A stretch of DNA of 63,311 nt, the filler included, from Phoronis australis (Eukaryota > Animalia > Phoronida): NCBI GenBank assembly GCA_002633005.1. It is 10 parts of 10 records of this genome, joined end to end, with 100 filler letters (N's around TTAATTAATTAA, not from the genome) between each part and the next. Parts side by side here need not be neighbours in the genome. Positions count along the whole stretch, not along the records: positions 1 to 23,913 come from NMRA01000660.1; 9 more parts are not named here. One strand, 5' to 3'. Position 1 is the stretch's first letter. Every line of letters starts with the position of its first letter. Position numbers and translations under genes: made by a program. The notes beneath the pieces were generated by a model, which worked only from the letters and a program-made list of their open reading frames with translations, had not been told where the DNA came from and searched no databases. Of the stretch, positions 13,801 to 24,013 are shown in pieces.

Positions 13801-16800
13801 GCACTAATTGACTCTATCTGGTGCATTATAAGCATCTTTAGGAGAATTATTGCAAAGCCCATGAAAAATGTGTGTAAAACTGAGAATCACAGTTATCTAA
13901 CGGTTGACACATCAGTATAATTGGAAAATGAAAAGATCAAATTTTCAGAAGAAAAATGCACCTAATGACCCCATGTTTGCACTAAATGACTTGAAATTTT
14001 GGATTCCAAATTGAATTACCTGTGCCAATCAGACCTGTGAATTTGAAGTGTCTGGCTCAAAATCTTAATTTGCACCTAATGACCCTTGACCTGTTTAACC
14101 TGATTGGATGATCCGATTACTTAGAAGGGTGATTTTTTAAATTGCCTTATTGACTTATACCTGTGTACATAATTTGAAAAGGAAATCTTTTAAAATAAAG
14201 GAGGAGTAGCATTTTGAAATTTACATGACCTTTGCACCAAATGACCTCTTCCGGTGCATTATGGAATATGATTATATAACGAATCAAAATTTATCTACTG
14301 TCAAAACTTATGTGCTGAATTTAAAGACTGTACCTGCACCCAATTTGGAGTTATTAAGCCTCAAATTTGGTCGGAACAAGACTAAGAAGAATAAGAAGAA
14401 TAAGAAGAATGAGAGTAAGAATAAGAATAAAACTGAAGGAACAACAGTACTCTGCGCTTACACGCGCAGAGTAATTATTCGGTGAAAATAAATGATCAAA
14501 CTGTGAAGTCACATGATCGCAGTTTGCCTCTAGACAAACTATTAGTCCCAAACAGAAATAGCAGACAAAATTATGAGCGGGAAAGATGGCACCGTGTAAA
14601 ATGGAACAGAGAAAGGACACTCATGTCATGTAAGTATAATTAAAAATACCAAACATATTGGTAAACGAGTTTCAGTTCAAACGTTTACTTACTACTTGAA
14701 TTTTCATTGCCTGGGAATCAGTACTAATATAATTATGCTTTTCAAGTTGATTTTTTTGCCCTTTTTGCGAATGAGCTGAATGAAACACATTTTTCATCAG
14801 CATTGCTAAACTCGCTGCATTGCATGTCTAAACTTACTAACTTTATATTGTGTTAAGAATCCGTTTTTTCGACTTGGTTCAACCCAGTACACAGTTATTG
14901 TGTGTTCGTTTCTTTCCTTGCAACCAATGCTGTCTGGCTTGTCGGGAACTGAAAATGGTATAAGGCTCTTAAACTTGGCGTTAATCATCATGACAAAACC
15001 TAATATAGAGACGACTCATGTTCATTTTATAAAACGATTTCCCGCAGTAGTATGGTTGACACCAAACAACGAAAGAAAAGACGATGAGATGTTGTGTATG
15101 AAGGCATAGGCCTAAATAGGTTTTAATAGCACTAGAATCACCTCACCTCCTTGCACAGTTTCATACACGGAGCTGCTCCAGGAACCCCATTCAGTGGTCT
15201 TCGCCCTTATCTAGAAGATGTATAATACGAAATATGAAATTAAGACCTGTCCCTAGTATCTTCGGGCAATCGTAAAATACGCTCCGTAGAAACGTCATAT
15301 TTCATTTCTAATTTATCAAGTGTTGATGCTATATTTATAGCTGACGTCCTTGATGTAGATCTCCATTTAGTAATAATAGAACTTGAAGGAACACACATTG
15401 AACACAAGGCCACTGCAGTGTTACATGTAAATCTAAAGTTTTGAATTCTCATGTGAGTCATGTAAACAAAACAAGCATGTTTAGGATAAGTGACAATTTT
15501 TGATTCCAAATTGTTACTCGCTCCGATGTCATTCCAGTTATCTTCCGCACAAGTAACTCAGACACGCTGTAGAAAACATGAAGATTGTTCGTCTTACGTC
15601 AAATTCCAACCGTACGGATTGATTCCCAAATATTGAAACACTGTGGAAGAATAAACCAACGAAGACGTATTTTCTCCTCTTTTTTGCTACTTCTCTCATA
15701 GTTGACATGATTTTGCCCGATGAGTAGTCAATAAGTACAATAAAAAACAATCTCACCTTAAAATCATACGTATTATTAATGTTTAGACTGCGAAGCGTCA
15801 AAGAAGAACAGTCCATACACGTCTTCACGTTGGTGTCTGCGGAGACGTTGAGATTCCGATGTTTTAGCTGATATTCGCGTATGATGCCGTTAGGGGGACA
15901 CGGTGGACTCCAGCTAATGATGGCAAACGTTGGATTTACTGCCACTACACTGAGGTTTCTTGGTGCCGGTGGAGCTGCAAGAGACGTAAAATGGAAACAC
16001 GATTTCTTATTTGATTGTCAAGCTAGTTATTATACATATTAGGCGATTAGAAAACCAACCGTATAAAAGTTTAATTTGTTCTTAGAACCATTTGGCTCAA
16101 TGGTTACGATAATACGACGTATGTTGTTTAATTGTGTGCAGGCGATACTCTACATTCATGCCTTTCTAGGTTATAGAAACGCCCAACTTCCCTAAGAGAG
16201 TGATATGCAGAAAACTGGTACTTATCGGGGTACAACTGCTCCTTGATTTTCAAGCAGTCAGCAGCTTCAGTACCATCTATGATAACATCAACTTTGACCC
16301 AAATGCCACGGAAATTTCCTTGTGCAGAAATAAAATGAAGCCCATCCACAGCTACCTGGACACACAGATGACTTGGGGATTTGCAAATACTTTAATAGTT
16401 AGCAACCGATTTTGAATTATTTACATTGCACTACTGATTTTGATATAAAAGCTTCAAGTCACTGGTTTTGGTAATTGATTCATGCAAATATACCACATTA
16501 ATTGTACCTGATTTAATGTTGAAGTTCTGCTTCCATGTTTGTGAACATGAGTTTCCCTGGTTAAAAATGTCATCGGCATGAGTTTTGCCCTGTTTACTAT
16601 TCCAAAATACCTGGGTATCATGGCAACAATACATATTCCAGTTTCTAGAGTCGGTCACAAACTTTGTTTGAGCATGTCTGGTTGCTTTTACTTTAATTTC
16701 CACCATATCTAAAGTTGGTGATCTTTTCCTTCCACACTGCCTGGTCACCATGGTACAAAACCCAATTCAGCTTGTCATTACATTGAATTTTCAACAAAAA

Positions 16801-19800
16801 CTCACTTCAAGAACCCTGGGCATAGTGACCACGCTCTAACGTGATATTGGCCACAAACCTGAAAGTCTTGGCTCTGGCTCACAATGAACCTGAATAAAGT
16901 AGCAGCCACCTAAGATTCAAGGGAAGATTGATATACCGGTTTGAGTATGTTTGCCGGTTTATAATATGACGCTAACATCAAACCCAAAATTGCTATATTA
17001 GCTCGACCAAGCACAGATTGTCTGAGCCCAGCAACGACAGGAAACTGTAAGTTTAAGCATTACCACTTTCGTTAGTAACATTACGCGCCCAAGTACTCCA
17101 AGGTCCAGCCAGCTCTCCATTTGCAGCACGCACTCTGAAGCTGTAGGTCACGTGGGGATGGAGGCGGTCAAACGTCTTTGAAAGTCCATTGCTTGAGTCG
17201 TTGAGAAACTCTTTAGAAAGACAAGGTGACGCTTGCCTTTTTAGTTGGTAGTCAAAGTTTGCAGCAAGCCCATTGCTTGATAAGCAGGGTAGACTTTGCC
17301 AGCTGAACCCCAAGGTGTTAGTGGAACGTTTTGAAATCCTAACTTTTGTGGGTGGTTCAGATGGTACTGAAATAAAAATATATTATTAGTTTAAATTGTG
17401 TCGCCGTTGAAAATTAAGTTTCACAGTCCCATCGACAAGTATAAAATACTTCTTTACAGACAAGTCATTGAGTAACATATTTCACAACTTATTGTCACCA
17501 TATCTGAAGTTACAGAAAACAAATGAATTGTTGTCATTTTTTAACGCTCGTGTGGTTTAAAAAGACTGGACGATTATAATAGAAGTTACTAAAAATATAC
17601 CACAATAATAGAAAAGTATATTTCCACCTCAACAATTTTTACTAACGGTATGAAAGGGTGTCCATGGTGATTGTTTCCTCCTTTCCATCCAAGGTACCGG
17701 TACTCGCTCGTACACTTATTTCGTAACGTGAGTACGGACGTAGGTTGTCCAATGAAGTTGTTAGTTCAGTAGTGGTGGCCGTCTTGGTGTCCTCTGATGG
17801 TTGGTCCTCAGTACCGCACGCTAACGCTTTGATGAGCTTGTACTGGATTATGTAGCTTTTCACAGGACACCCGTTGTTAACTGGTGCTGCCCATGTTAGG
17901 TTGATTGTAGCATGCGTGATTGATGAGCTTACCAAACTCTCTACTTTGTGGGCTTCTAAAGAAAAAAGAATCCTATATAAATAAATAGAAATCTTAAATG
18001 GGCGTGGACGCGTGTATGGCAAATATTTCTAAGTCTGGTCGTAGGAACTTTGAAAGGCAACCTGATTAAAAAGATTTTGCCAGTCATAAACACATAATGT
18101 ATGGATTATTATACGACATCTTTTACATACTCCCCGTTGTACTAAATCATTTGTTGAAGATTCAGTTCGAAATGCCCTACCTCATATCATTAATAACCTT
18201 CCTGAAAGTGTCTACCAAAAACTTTTCACCCATTCGTTATCCTCTGTTATAAATTATTTTAAGAATGTTTGTTTTGAAAATTATGAACTTGAGTGCACTA
18301 TTCCCAACTGCTTTGTATGTAACTATTTTCGATAATCTCTCCCAGTCTTTACACAAGTAGTTTTAAAGTACATCATCACCTAATTTTTATAGTTCTGCTT
18401 ATCTGTAACGCTGTATTTTTTCTTTCTTATTCTCTGGTGGCTCCGTGGTCAGCGGACCTNTTGCTTGATAAGCAGGGTAGACTTTGCCAGCTGAACCCCA
18501 AGGTGTTAGTGGAACGTTTTGAAATCCTAACACTTGTGGGTGGTTTAGATGGTACTGAAATGAAAATATATTATTAGTTTAGATTGTGTCGCCGTTGAAA
18601 ATAAAGTTTCACAGTCCCATCGACAAGTATAAAATACTTCTTTACAGACAAGTCATTGAGTAACACATTTCACAACTTGTCACCATATCTGAAGTTACAG
18701 AAAACAAATGAATTGTTGTCATTTTTTAACGGTCGTGTGGTTTAAAAAGACTGGACGATTATTATAGAAGTTACTAAAAATATACCACAATAATAGAAAA
18801 GTATATTTCCACCTCAACAATTTTTACTAACGGTATGAAAGGGTGTCCATGATGATTGTTTCCTCCTCTCCATCCAAGGTACCGGTTCTCGCTCGTACAC
18901 TAATTTCGTAACGTGAGTACGGACGTAGGTTGTCCAATGAAGTTGTTAGTTCAGTAGTGGTGGCCGTCTTGGTGTCCTCTGATGGTTGGTCCTCAGTACC
19001 ACACGCTAACGCTTTGATGAGCTTGTACTGGATTATGTAGCTTTTCACAGGACACCCGTTGTTAACTGGTGCTGCCCATGTTAGGCTGATTGTATCATGC
19101 GTGATTGATGAGCTCACCAAAGTCTCTACTTTGTTGGCTTCTAAAGAAAAAAGAATCCTATCTAAATAAATAGAAATCTTAAATGGGCGTGGACGCGTGT
19201 ATCGCAAATATTTCTAAGTCTGGTCGTAGGAACTTTGAAAGGCAACCTGATTAAAATGATTTTGCCAGTTATAAACACATAACGTATGGATTAATCTTAT
19301 ATTCCAATTAAGTTGAATTCAGTTTGCAATTCAGAAAGTCAAAACCATGGTTTTCAAAAACATGACCTTGCTGCAAAGTTTAATACTAAATATACAACTT
19401 TGCACCGCTGTCGATAAAAAATTCGCCAAATATTATGCGATACAAAATTGTTGTCATTAAACTATAAACTAAACTCTTTTTTGAGTAAACTAAATTGTTT
19501 ACCGGTGTTAGAAAAATAGGTGTTCTAGCGTAATTCTGTTGCTCAAGTTGTGCAGCGATCTCATGTATAGGCTATTGGCGCCATGAAATGTTGCGTCACC
19601 TATTGGCTAGTTTCTTTTTTCGCCGATTCTTCAATTAAATGTTTTTCTTCCACGAGGTTGCGAGCATCTCACAACAAAAACTAAGAAGTGATTTCATTTC
19701 GTTACAAGTTTTGAATATTTTAATTCCAGAAAAACGATTTTCAAAACAAATGTTGATGCTACAAAGCTGCCATCATTATCCGAGAGATGTCGCAAGCAGT

Positions 19801-21687
19801 TATGACAATGGCGCGTACACGCACCACGAGCATATTGTTTTCAAAACCACGTCCGAAAGGGGCCCTAAGTTGGTATCCCTTTATGTAACTGGCCCGTTGG
19901 CGAAGTTGTATGTTATTGGAGTTCAGTGAAATCTACATCTCATACTCCCCCGAACAACTACGTCAACATATGTCCGCACTTTTTGTTATCTAGAGTTCAG
20001 GTGAGAGTATTTATTTGTAACAAGATAAATAACTGAAAGAGCTATATTAGAATCGTCAAAAACAACAAGGACACCTAGAGCGTGTACCACCTAAATGTAA
20101 ACAACACCACAGTAACAATCAAAGCATCAATAAAAACAACAATAACAACAAGAACAAGAATAAAGAAAACTTCACTTGAAATACCTTCCTGTACGTTTAC
20201 CTGTATGCATATCCACCCACCTTTCTCGAGACTTGTAACCGAGCTCTCTTGTGAGACGTCTGAGCTCAAGTCTTTGTTGTGTGCTTGTATTTTGAATGTC
20301 CACTCAGTGCACACTTTGGTGGGGAACAATCTTTCCAACGTTCTGGACGGTATGTTAGCTTCACTTGCCCAGTCTGAATTTTTGCTTTTGTAGTGCAGCG
20401 TGTAAGTTCCCGCTGAGTCGCATCGCCAATCTGGCTCCTGCAAAGTTGAATGACCAATGAAAAGCGTGAGCGTCATGCAAGATCCTGCCGCTCATTGAAA
20501 GATACTGCTTTGTCAATACATGATTCGAATCTTCTATAAAATGAAGTAAGGGCAGTTTGAATTTAAAAAAAAATATTACAAAATAGGAAATACCGACAGC
20601 TTCAACTTGAATGGCAGTTTGACATATATAAAGACTTGGTGATCAATAGCAAGGAAAATCAACTGGCTCCAAAACTGAGTTTACTGTTCATGATCGACTT
20701 ACGTTCCACGACACGCGAATTGCAGTTGATTCCGGGATCAAAGTTACGATTGGAAGACGTGGAACTGAAATTAAACGTTTAATGTAAAAGTCAACAAACG
20801 CTCATGTGCACATTTCGGAGTTTCATTTTAAATTACTTAAGAATCATAATTTGTTTTCAAACGAAAGCCTAGCTCGTAGACAACTATTGGTAAATTCTTC
20901 ACATAATACGTGTCCGGTTTTCTAAGAAACGAGGTTGTCACTAGACACACACATGCCCTCGATTTCAATATAAAAAGAATACCAAAGTGTGTTCCTTAGC
21001 AGGTTTCTTTAATTGTACTAATTTACAATAAGCATTTTTATATCAGTATCTTACGTCCGCACACTGATGACTCAGGACTGGCAGGTCCAACGTCGTTGTT
21101 GGCAAGCTTTATTTTGACCCGTACATGCACTTGGTACTGGTTTTGGTCGTCCCCAGATCGCATTGAAAATGACGAGACGCCACTGTCAACGTCATTGCTT
21201 CGTGTCCAGTCAGAGGCCGTCGTTTGTCTATACTCCACAATGTACTTGTGAACTGGTCCAACACCACGGTCAGTTTGAGCTGACCACAGACGCCAAGTCA
21301 CAGTTATCTCAGTGCGGTTTCTCGATATACTGGGTGCGTTAACGAGACGAGCTATTTCTAAAACACACAAATGCATTTAAATCAAACAAATATATACTGG
21401 AAGGTGATAGCGGAAGCAGTTATTGTTGCCTGGCGACATTAATGGTATTTTCTGCGTGTCAGCTTAAATTGCGGACAATCTAGACTCTCATGAGTGGACA
21501 AGAAAGCTCACTCAATGCAGCACATACGCAACAGGACAAAGAAGTATGGAACATGTACCTATTTTACAGTATGGCGTCTTATATCCCTCCTGGCACGTGC
21601 AGTTTCCTCTGAACCTGTCACAAGTTCCAGGCAAGCAGCGACCACAGGACTGTAGGCAGTCTGCACCGTAGAAGTTGTCTGGACATT
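1104..21687 (-). CDS. Tie-like receptor tyrosine kinase gene, multi-exon and partial at both ends: EGF-like, 6x FN3, RPTP-like membrane-proximal domain, TM, tyrosine kinase
   Basis: 21 exons with GT-AG ends and matching phases, assembled by hand. Kinase motifs: [31 protein letters not shown]. Closest recalled similarity is Tie1/Tie2; orthology is unproven. Confidence 0.9.
1621..1661 (-). CDS. RTK exon, kinase subdomain IX
   Basis: 41-bp exon [13 protein letters not shown](G) with tttcag acceptor and gtaagt donor. Confidence 0.92.
2837..3021 (-). CDS. RTK exon, catalytic and activation loops
   Basis: [62 protein letters not shown]. Confidence 0.95.
3274..3452 (-). CDS. RTK exon, hinge and kinase insert
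   Basis: (D)[23 protein letters not shown]...[24 protein letters not shown]. Confidence 0.93.
5437..5547 (-). CDS. RTK exon, alphaC helix
   Basis: 111-bp exon [36 protein letters not shown], not in the ORF track. Confidence 0.92.
5733..5907 (-). CDS. RTK exon, Gly-rich loop and catalytic Lys
   Basis: LTTDRHP...[42 protein letters not shown]. The donor is clear; the acceptor was chosen for phase match, with an alternative AG near 5951. Confidence 0.85.
6268..6344 (-). CDS. RTK exon, intracellular juxtamembrane
   Basis: ttttag|GC CAT...CCG|gtagga, translating (G)[25 protein letters not shown]; phase-compatible. Confidence 0.6.
6769..6824 (-). CDS. RTK exon, basic stop-transfer segment after the TM
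   Basis: (R)[18 protein letters not shown]; phase 2 to phase 1 matches the neighbouring exons. Confidence 0.75.
7271..7373 (-). CDS. RTK exon, transmembrane helix
   Basis: (V)[33 protein letters not shown](R), a hydrophobic stretch flanked by AG and GT. Confidence 0.88.
7635..7698 (-). CDS. RTK exon, extracellular juxtamembrane
   Basis: ttacag|[21 protein letters not shown]|gtaact; phase 0 to phase 1 links the flanking exons. Confidence 0.75.
8368..8638 (-). CDS. RTK exon, RPTP-like membrane-proximal domain with polybasic furin-type site
   Basis: [21 protein letters not shown]...PRYIAANLT...[30 protein letters not shown]. Confidence 0.85.
8765..8873 (-). CDS. RTK exon, start of the membrane-proximal domain
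   Basis: (D)[35 protein letters not shown](K); GT-AG ends and phases fit. Confidence 0.8.
9125..10190. repeat. Perfect spacer-less palindrome, 2 x 533 bp, centred on ACT|AGT at 9657/9658
   Basis: Identical ORFs on both strands (9511-9738 minus, 9577-9804 plus) give the mirror rule i to 19315-i. The right arm ends at the single N at 10191. Confidence 0.95.
9564..9635 (+). mobile_element. tRNA-derived SINE head or tRNA pseudogene (mirror copy at ~9680-9751 minus)
   Basis: A-box TGGTGTAGTGG, anticodon-like loop CTGCAAA (GCA, Cys-like), B-box-like CTTCGACTCC; acceptor stem pairs poorly. Confidence 0.6.
10200..10600. mobile_element. MITE-like remnants with diverged inverted repeats
   Basis: 10206-10243 is an imperfect reverse complement of ~10564-10599. 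A GAGTACCCCC terminus-like motif lies at ~10297, and ~10440-10500 recurs at ~11640-11700. Confidence 0.35.
12228..12402 (-). CDS. RTK exon, FN3-6 C-terminal half
   Basis: ISWNIG...[37 protein letters not shown] (FN3 LxPxTxY motif); not in the ORF track. Confidence 0.88.
13200..14475 (-). mobile_element. Non-autonomous Helentron/HINE (DINE-1-like) element with internal ~434-bp tandem repeats
   Basis: 12-bp subterminal inverted repeats ACTCTGCGCGTG (13243) and CACGCGCAGAGT (14461); partial IR at 14448; stem-loop ATTATTGTCACG-G-CGTGACAATAAT (13216-13240); AAGAAT microsatellite (~14383-14430); repeat units start at 13358, 13792 and 14225. Confidence 0.75.
14842..14948 (-). CDS. RTK exon, FN3-6 N-terminal half
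   Basis: (V)[35 protein letters not shown]. Confidence 0.88.
15147..15210 (-). CDS. RTK exon, FN3-5 C-terminus
   Basis: [21 protein letters not shown]; ttctag acceptor, gtgagg donor. Confidence 0.85.
15757..15974 (-). CDS. RTK exon, FN3-5
   Basis: (A)[37 protein letters not shown]...[10 protein letters not shown]. Confidence 0.9.
16250..16780 (-). mobile_element. Possible decayed Penelope-like (GIY-YIG) retroelement fragment
   Basis: Residual peptides [38 protein letters not shown] and LCVQV occur in the order expected for a PLE endonuclease, with many stops. Confidence 0.35.
17064..17366 (-). CDS. RTK exon, FN3-4
   Basis: [27 protein letters not shown]...[23 protein letters not shown]. 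Confidence 0.9.
17647..17955 (-). CDS. RTK exon, FN3-3 (copy 1)
   Basis: EAHKVESL...[20 protein letters not shown]...[18 protein letters not shown]. Confidence 0.9.
18109..18459 (+). mobile_element. 3' end of a CR1/L2-group (Crack/Daphne-like) LINE, 5'-truncated
   Basis: [50 protein letters not shown]...[17 protein letters not shown] (stop at 18333-18335) resembles the C-terminus of ORF2 in this group. The segment is absent from the duplicate copy. Confidence 0.65.
18461..19293. repeat. ~97%-identical direct copy of 17273-18108, starting at the single N 18460 (probable second haplotype)
   Basis: Colinear match at offset 1188, then 1185 after a 3-bp indel; includes introns and a truncated FN3-4 exon (18461-18554). 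Confidence 0.9.
18832..19140 (-). CDS. RTK exon, FN3-3 (copy 2)
   Basis: EANKVETL...[18 protein letters not shown], with intact splice sites. Confidence 0.85.
20221..20437 (-). CDS. RTK exon, FN3-2 C-terminal part
   Basis: [19 protein letters not shown]...[30 protein letters not shown]. Confidence 0.82.
20703..20764 (-). CDS. RTK exon, FN3-2 N-terminal part
   Basis: (L)[20 protein letters not shown]; tttcag acceptor, gtaagt donor. Confidence 0.82.
21055..21357 (-). CDS. RTK exon, FN3-1
   Basis: [22 protein letters not shown]...[14 protein letters not shown]...YQVHVRV...VGPASP. Confidence 0.87.
21559..21687 (-). CDS. RTK exon, 8-Cys EGF-like repeat (Tie/MEGF type)
   Basis: [42 protein letters not shown]. 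Confidence 0.88.
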   Translation of the reverse strand, partial: NVQTTSTVQTAYSPVVAACLELVTGSEETARARRDIRRHTVK

Positions 21688-21924
21688 CTGCAAAACTCAA
21701 CTTATGTAAATCAATGCTCAACGCCTCGCTACTTGAGTGAAACTAAAATTGGTAAGTAACATAAATCACAAATGAGTAGTCAAATGACTTTACCGGGAAT
21801 GTAGTTATTCTATATCGTTTCTATTTTTATTTTTATACCAGCACGTATTTATTTTACATTGCCCATCGTATACTACATTTGCATTGGTACACCTCCTTTT
21901 TCGTTATCTCATTGGCAAGTTGTT

Positions 21925-23430
21925 TTTGATTGTTCTAAAACCCCCTCGACAGAAACACATCACGACCCACCACTTCTCGACCCACAACCCCCACGACACA
22001 CAACGCCCTCTACCCATGACCTGCGGCAAGAAGAATTTTTCGCTGTTTACACAGTTCATAATCATATTACGTCGATGAGCGACTTTTGCATAAGACTTGC
22101 CTACACGCTAATCTGCTATTTCTCAGGACGGGTGGTCAAAAACAGAAATAGCGCACTGTGAGCGTGCTATTGTCATAGAAATGGTTGCACGAGAGGTTAC
22201 CAATGACCATGTTAAACTTAACTTAGGGAGAGAGTACCATAACGTGAATGCACTCAAGTTTACATTTTTCTATTTACTTTCTGTTGTATATTTTTTCTCA
22301 ATATACTCCATTTTACGGTGATATAAAATACCTTTTTAGTTAACAGTTTGTTTTGCAAAAAAAAACCGGAAAAGCCAACTGAGCTCACGGCCCGACTCGT
22401 TGGTCCTGCAAGTCAGCACTTTTTCTATGTACCGATCGAGGCGAGCTCTCGTAGACTAGGTCAGGGGATTTGAGGGCCTTCGGTCGAGGGGGGCGTGGGG
22501 TGTGGGGTCTAGGGAATTTTATAACAAACCAGTTATTTCTATTTTTTCAGTATAATGTGGTCTAGCTCAATCATTCACCTAGCGTATTTCCCACAAAACT
22601 TCCTAAGTGCTTTTTTCGGATTAATTTTCCCAACGTCCTTAGGGGTGTTATTGGATTTCCCGTTCTACCCAATTTTCTGAAAGAAAATTCAGACAATTTT
22701 TCTAGTCACACGTTTGTTAAATCTTCTGCTTACTTTGGGAACTTCTATTTTCCACGGCTTAAACGTTTTTCCTGTCTTCTTTTATTGCTTTTTATACTTA
22801 GTCATAATACACGACATTGCTGTAATATTCACATGTTATTTTACTCTGCGACATACCTCATGTCATACCCCTGGCAAAACAGATTCCGATACATTACCTT
22901 AGAGGCGGCGAATGTTTCCCTTGGAACAAGAACTCTGTTCGATCTATAGTATTATCTTGGGTAAATTATAACTTTTAATTGCCATCTTGATAAGGAAAGC
23001 AAAGCGATTTACCCCCGGATCATAAACAGATTGTTCCTAAACCCCCTCGACCCCCACATCCCACGACCCTTCTGACCCACAACCTCTACGACCCACGACC
23101 AGTGGCAATAGATGTATCTTTGCGCTTTTTACATATTTCATAATCACATTACGTCGCTGAATGACTTTCCTACATGTACGTGTATAAGACATACTTACAT
23201 GTACACGTAAATATGTTCTGGTTCAAATTTGGTGGTTAAAATCAATTTGCGTGAGAATGTGATCAGAAACAGACGATGGTGAGCGTGCTATCGGAAATGA
23301 TTTCACGCGCAGTTACCAATGGCCCTGTTCCACTGAACTTAGGGAGAGAGTGCGCTAATGTGGATGTACATAATTTCACATTTTATTTTCCATAGTTGCT
23401 TTCAGTTGTGTACTTGTTTACAGTATACTC
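21925..23430. repeat. Diverged direct repeat pair (~21925-22300 and ~23030-23430) with C-rich CACGACC subrepeats
   Basis: Shared blocks GATTGTT..AAACCCCCTCGAC, TTCATAATCA.ATTACGTCG.TGA, GTGAGCGTGCTAT and AACTTAGGGAGAGAGT. Confidence 0.7.
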
Positions 23431-23913
23431 TATATAACAGCTTGTTTCTTTCAAACTGTGTAAAAAATTAAATTACATATTCGTCGGCTGCTCACACTCT
23501 CCCAAAAAGCTTGAATCTGCCATGCACTGAAGCGCAGACGAAAGGATTACACTCTGCCGGGAACGATAATTGTAACGTCGGTAGGTCTTTTGATTTGGCT
23601 GCAATTTTTTCTCTGTTGCTGGATTTCAAATTTGCCGAATCGACTCTCTTAATTGCACAAAAGCAGGGAACAGCTAGTCTCCTGCACAGACCCTCGAGGT
23701 TGGTTGGGGTCTGCTACAGGACACTTTTCCATCCGCATTCTTGCAATATCATTGGCTGTTCCGATTTCAAGAAACAAGGCATTCTATTGGTCAGTTGTAT
23801 AATAGGTCAAACTAGTTCACCAACATGGCGACTTCCAGTAAAAGAATGTCGATGGATTTACAGCTGTTTAAATCTCTCTGTTTTCATCAAACTCCCGCAT
23901 TTCAAAGCTAACG

Positions 23914-24013
23914 NNNNNNNNNNNNNNNNNNNNNNNNNNNNNNNNNNNNNNNNNNNNTTAATTAATTAANNNNNNNNNNNNNNNNNNNNNNNNNNNNNNN
24001 NNNNNNNNNNNNN
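23914..24013. other. Artificial 100-bp scaffold-concatenation linker; also at 33751, 37711, 41114, 46333, 49507, 53320, 58861 and 61841
   Basis: 44 N + TTAATTAATTAA (stops in all six frames) + 44 N, identical nine times. Confidence 0.97.

Noticed and set aside
20075-20220. Hydrophobic TM-like tail of the 133-aa ORF (possible short membrane isoform)
   Set aside because: Lies past the GT donor at 20220 and derives from an AAC/AAT low-complexity tract; no support without intron-retention reads
21859-22161. Cys/Gly-rich minus-strand reading that looks like another EGF exon
   Set aside because: In-frame stops, no EGF cysteine spacing, and part of a duplicated non-coding repeat
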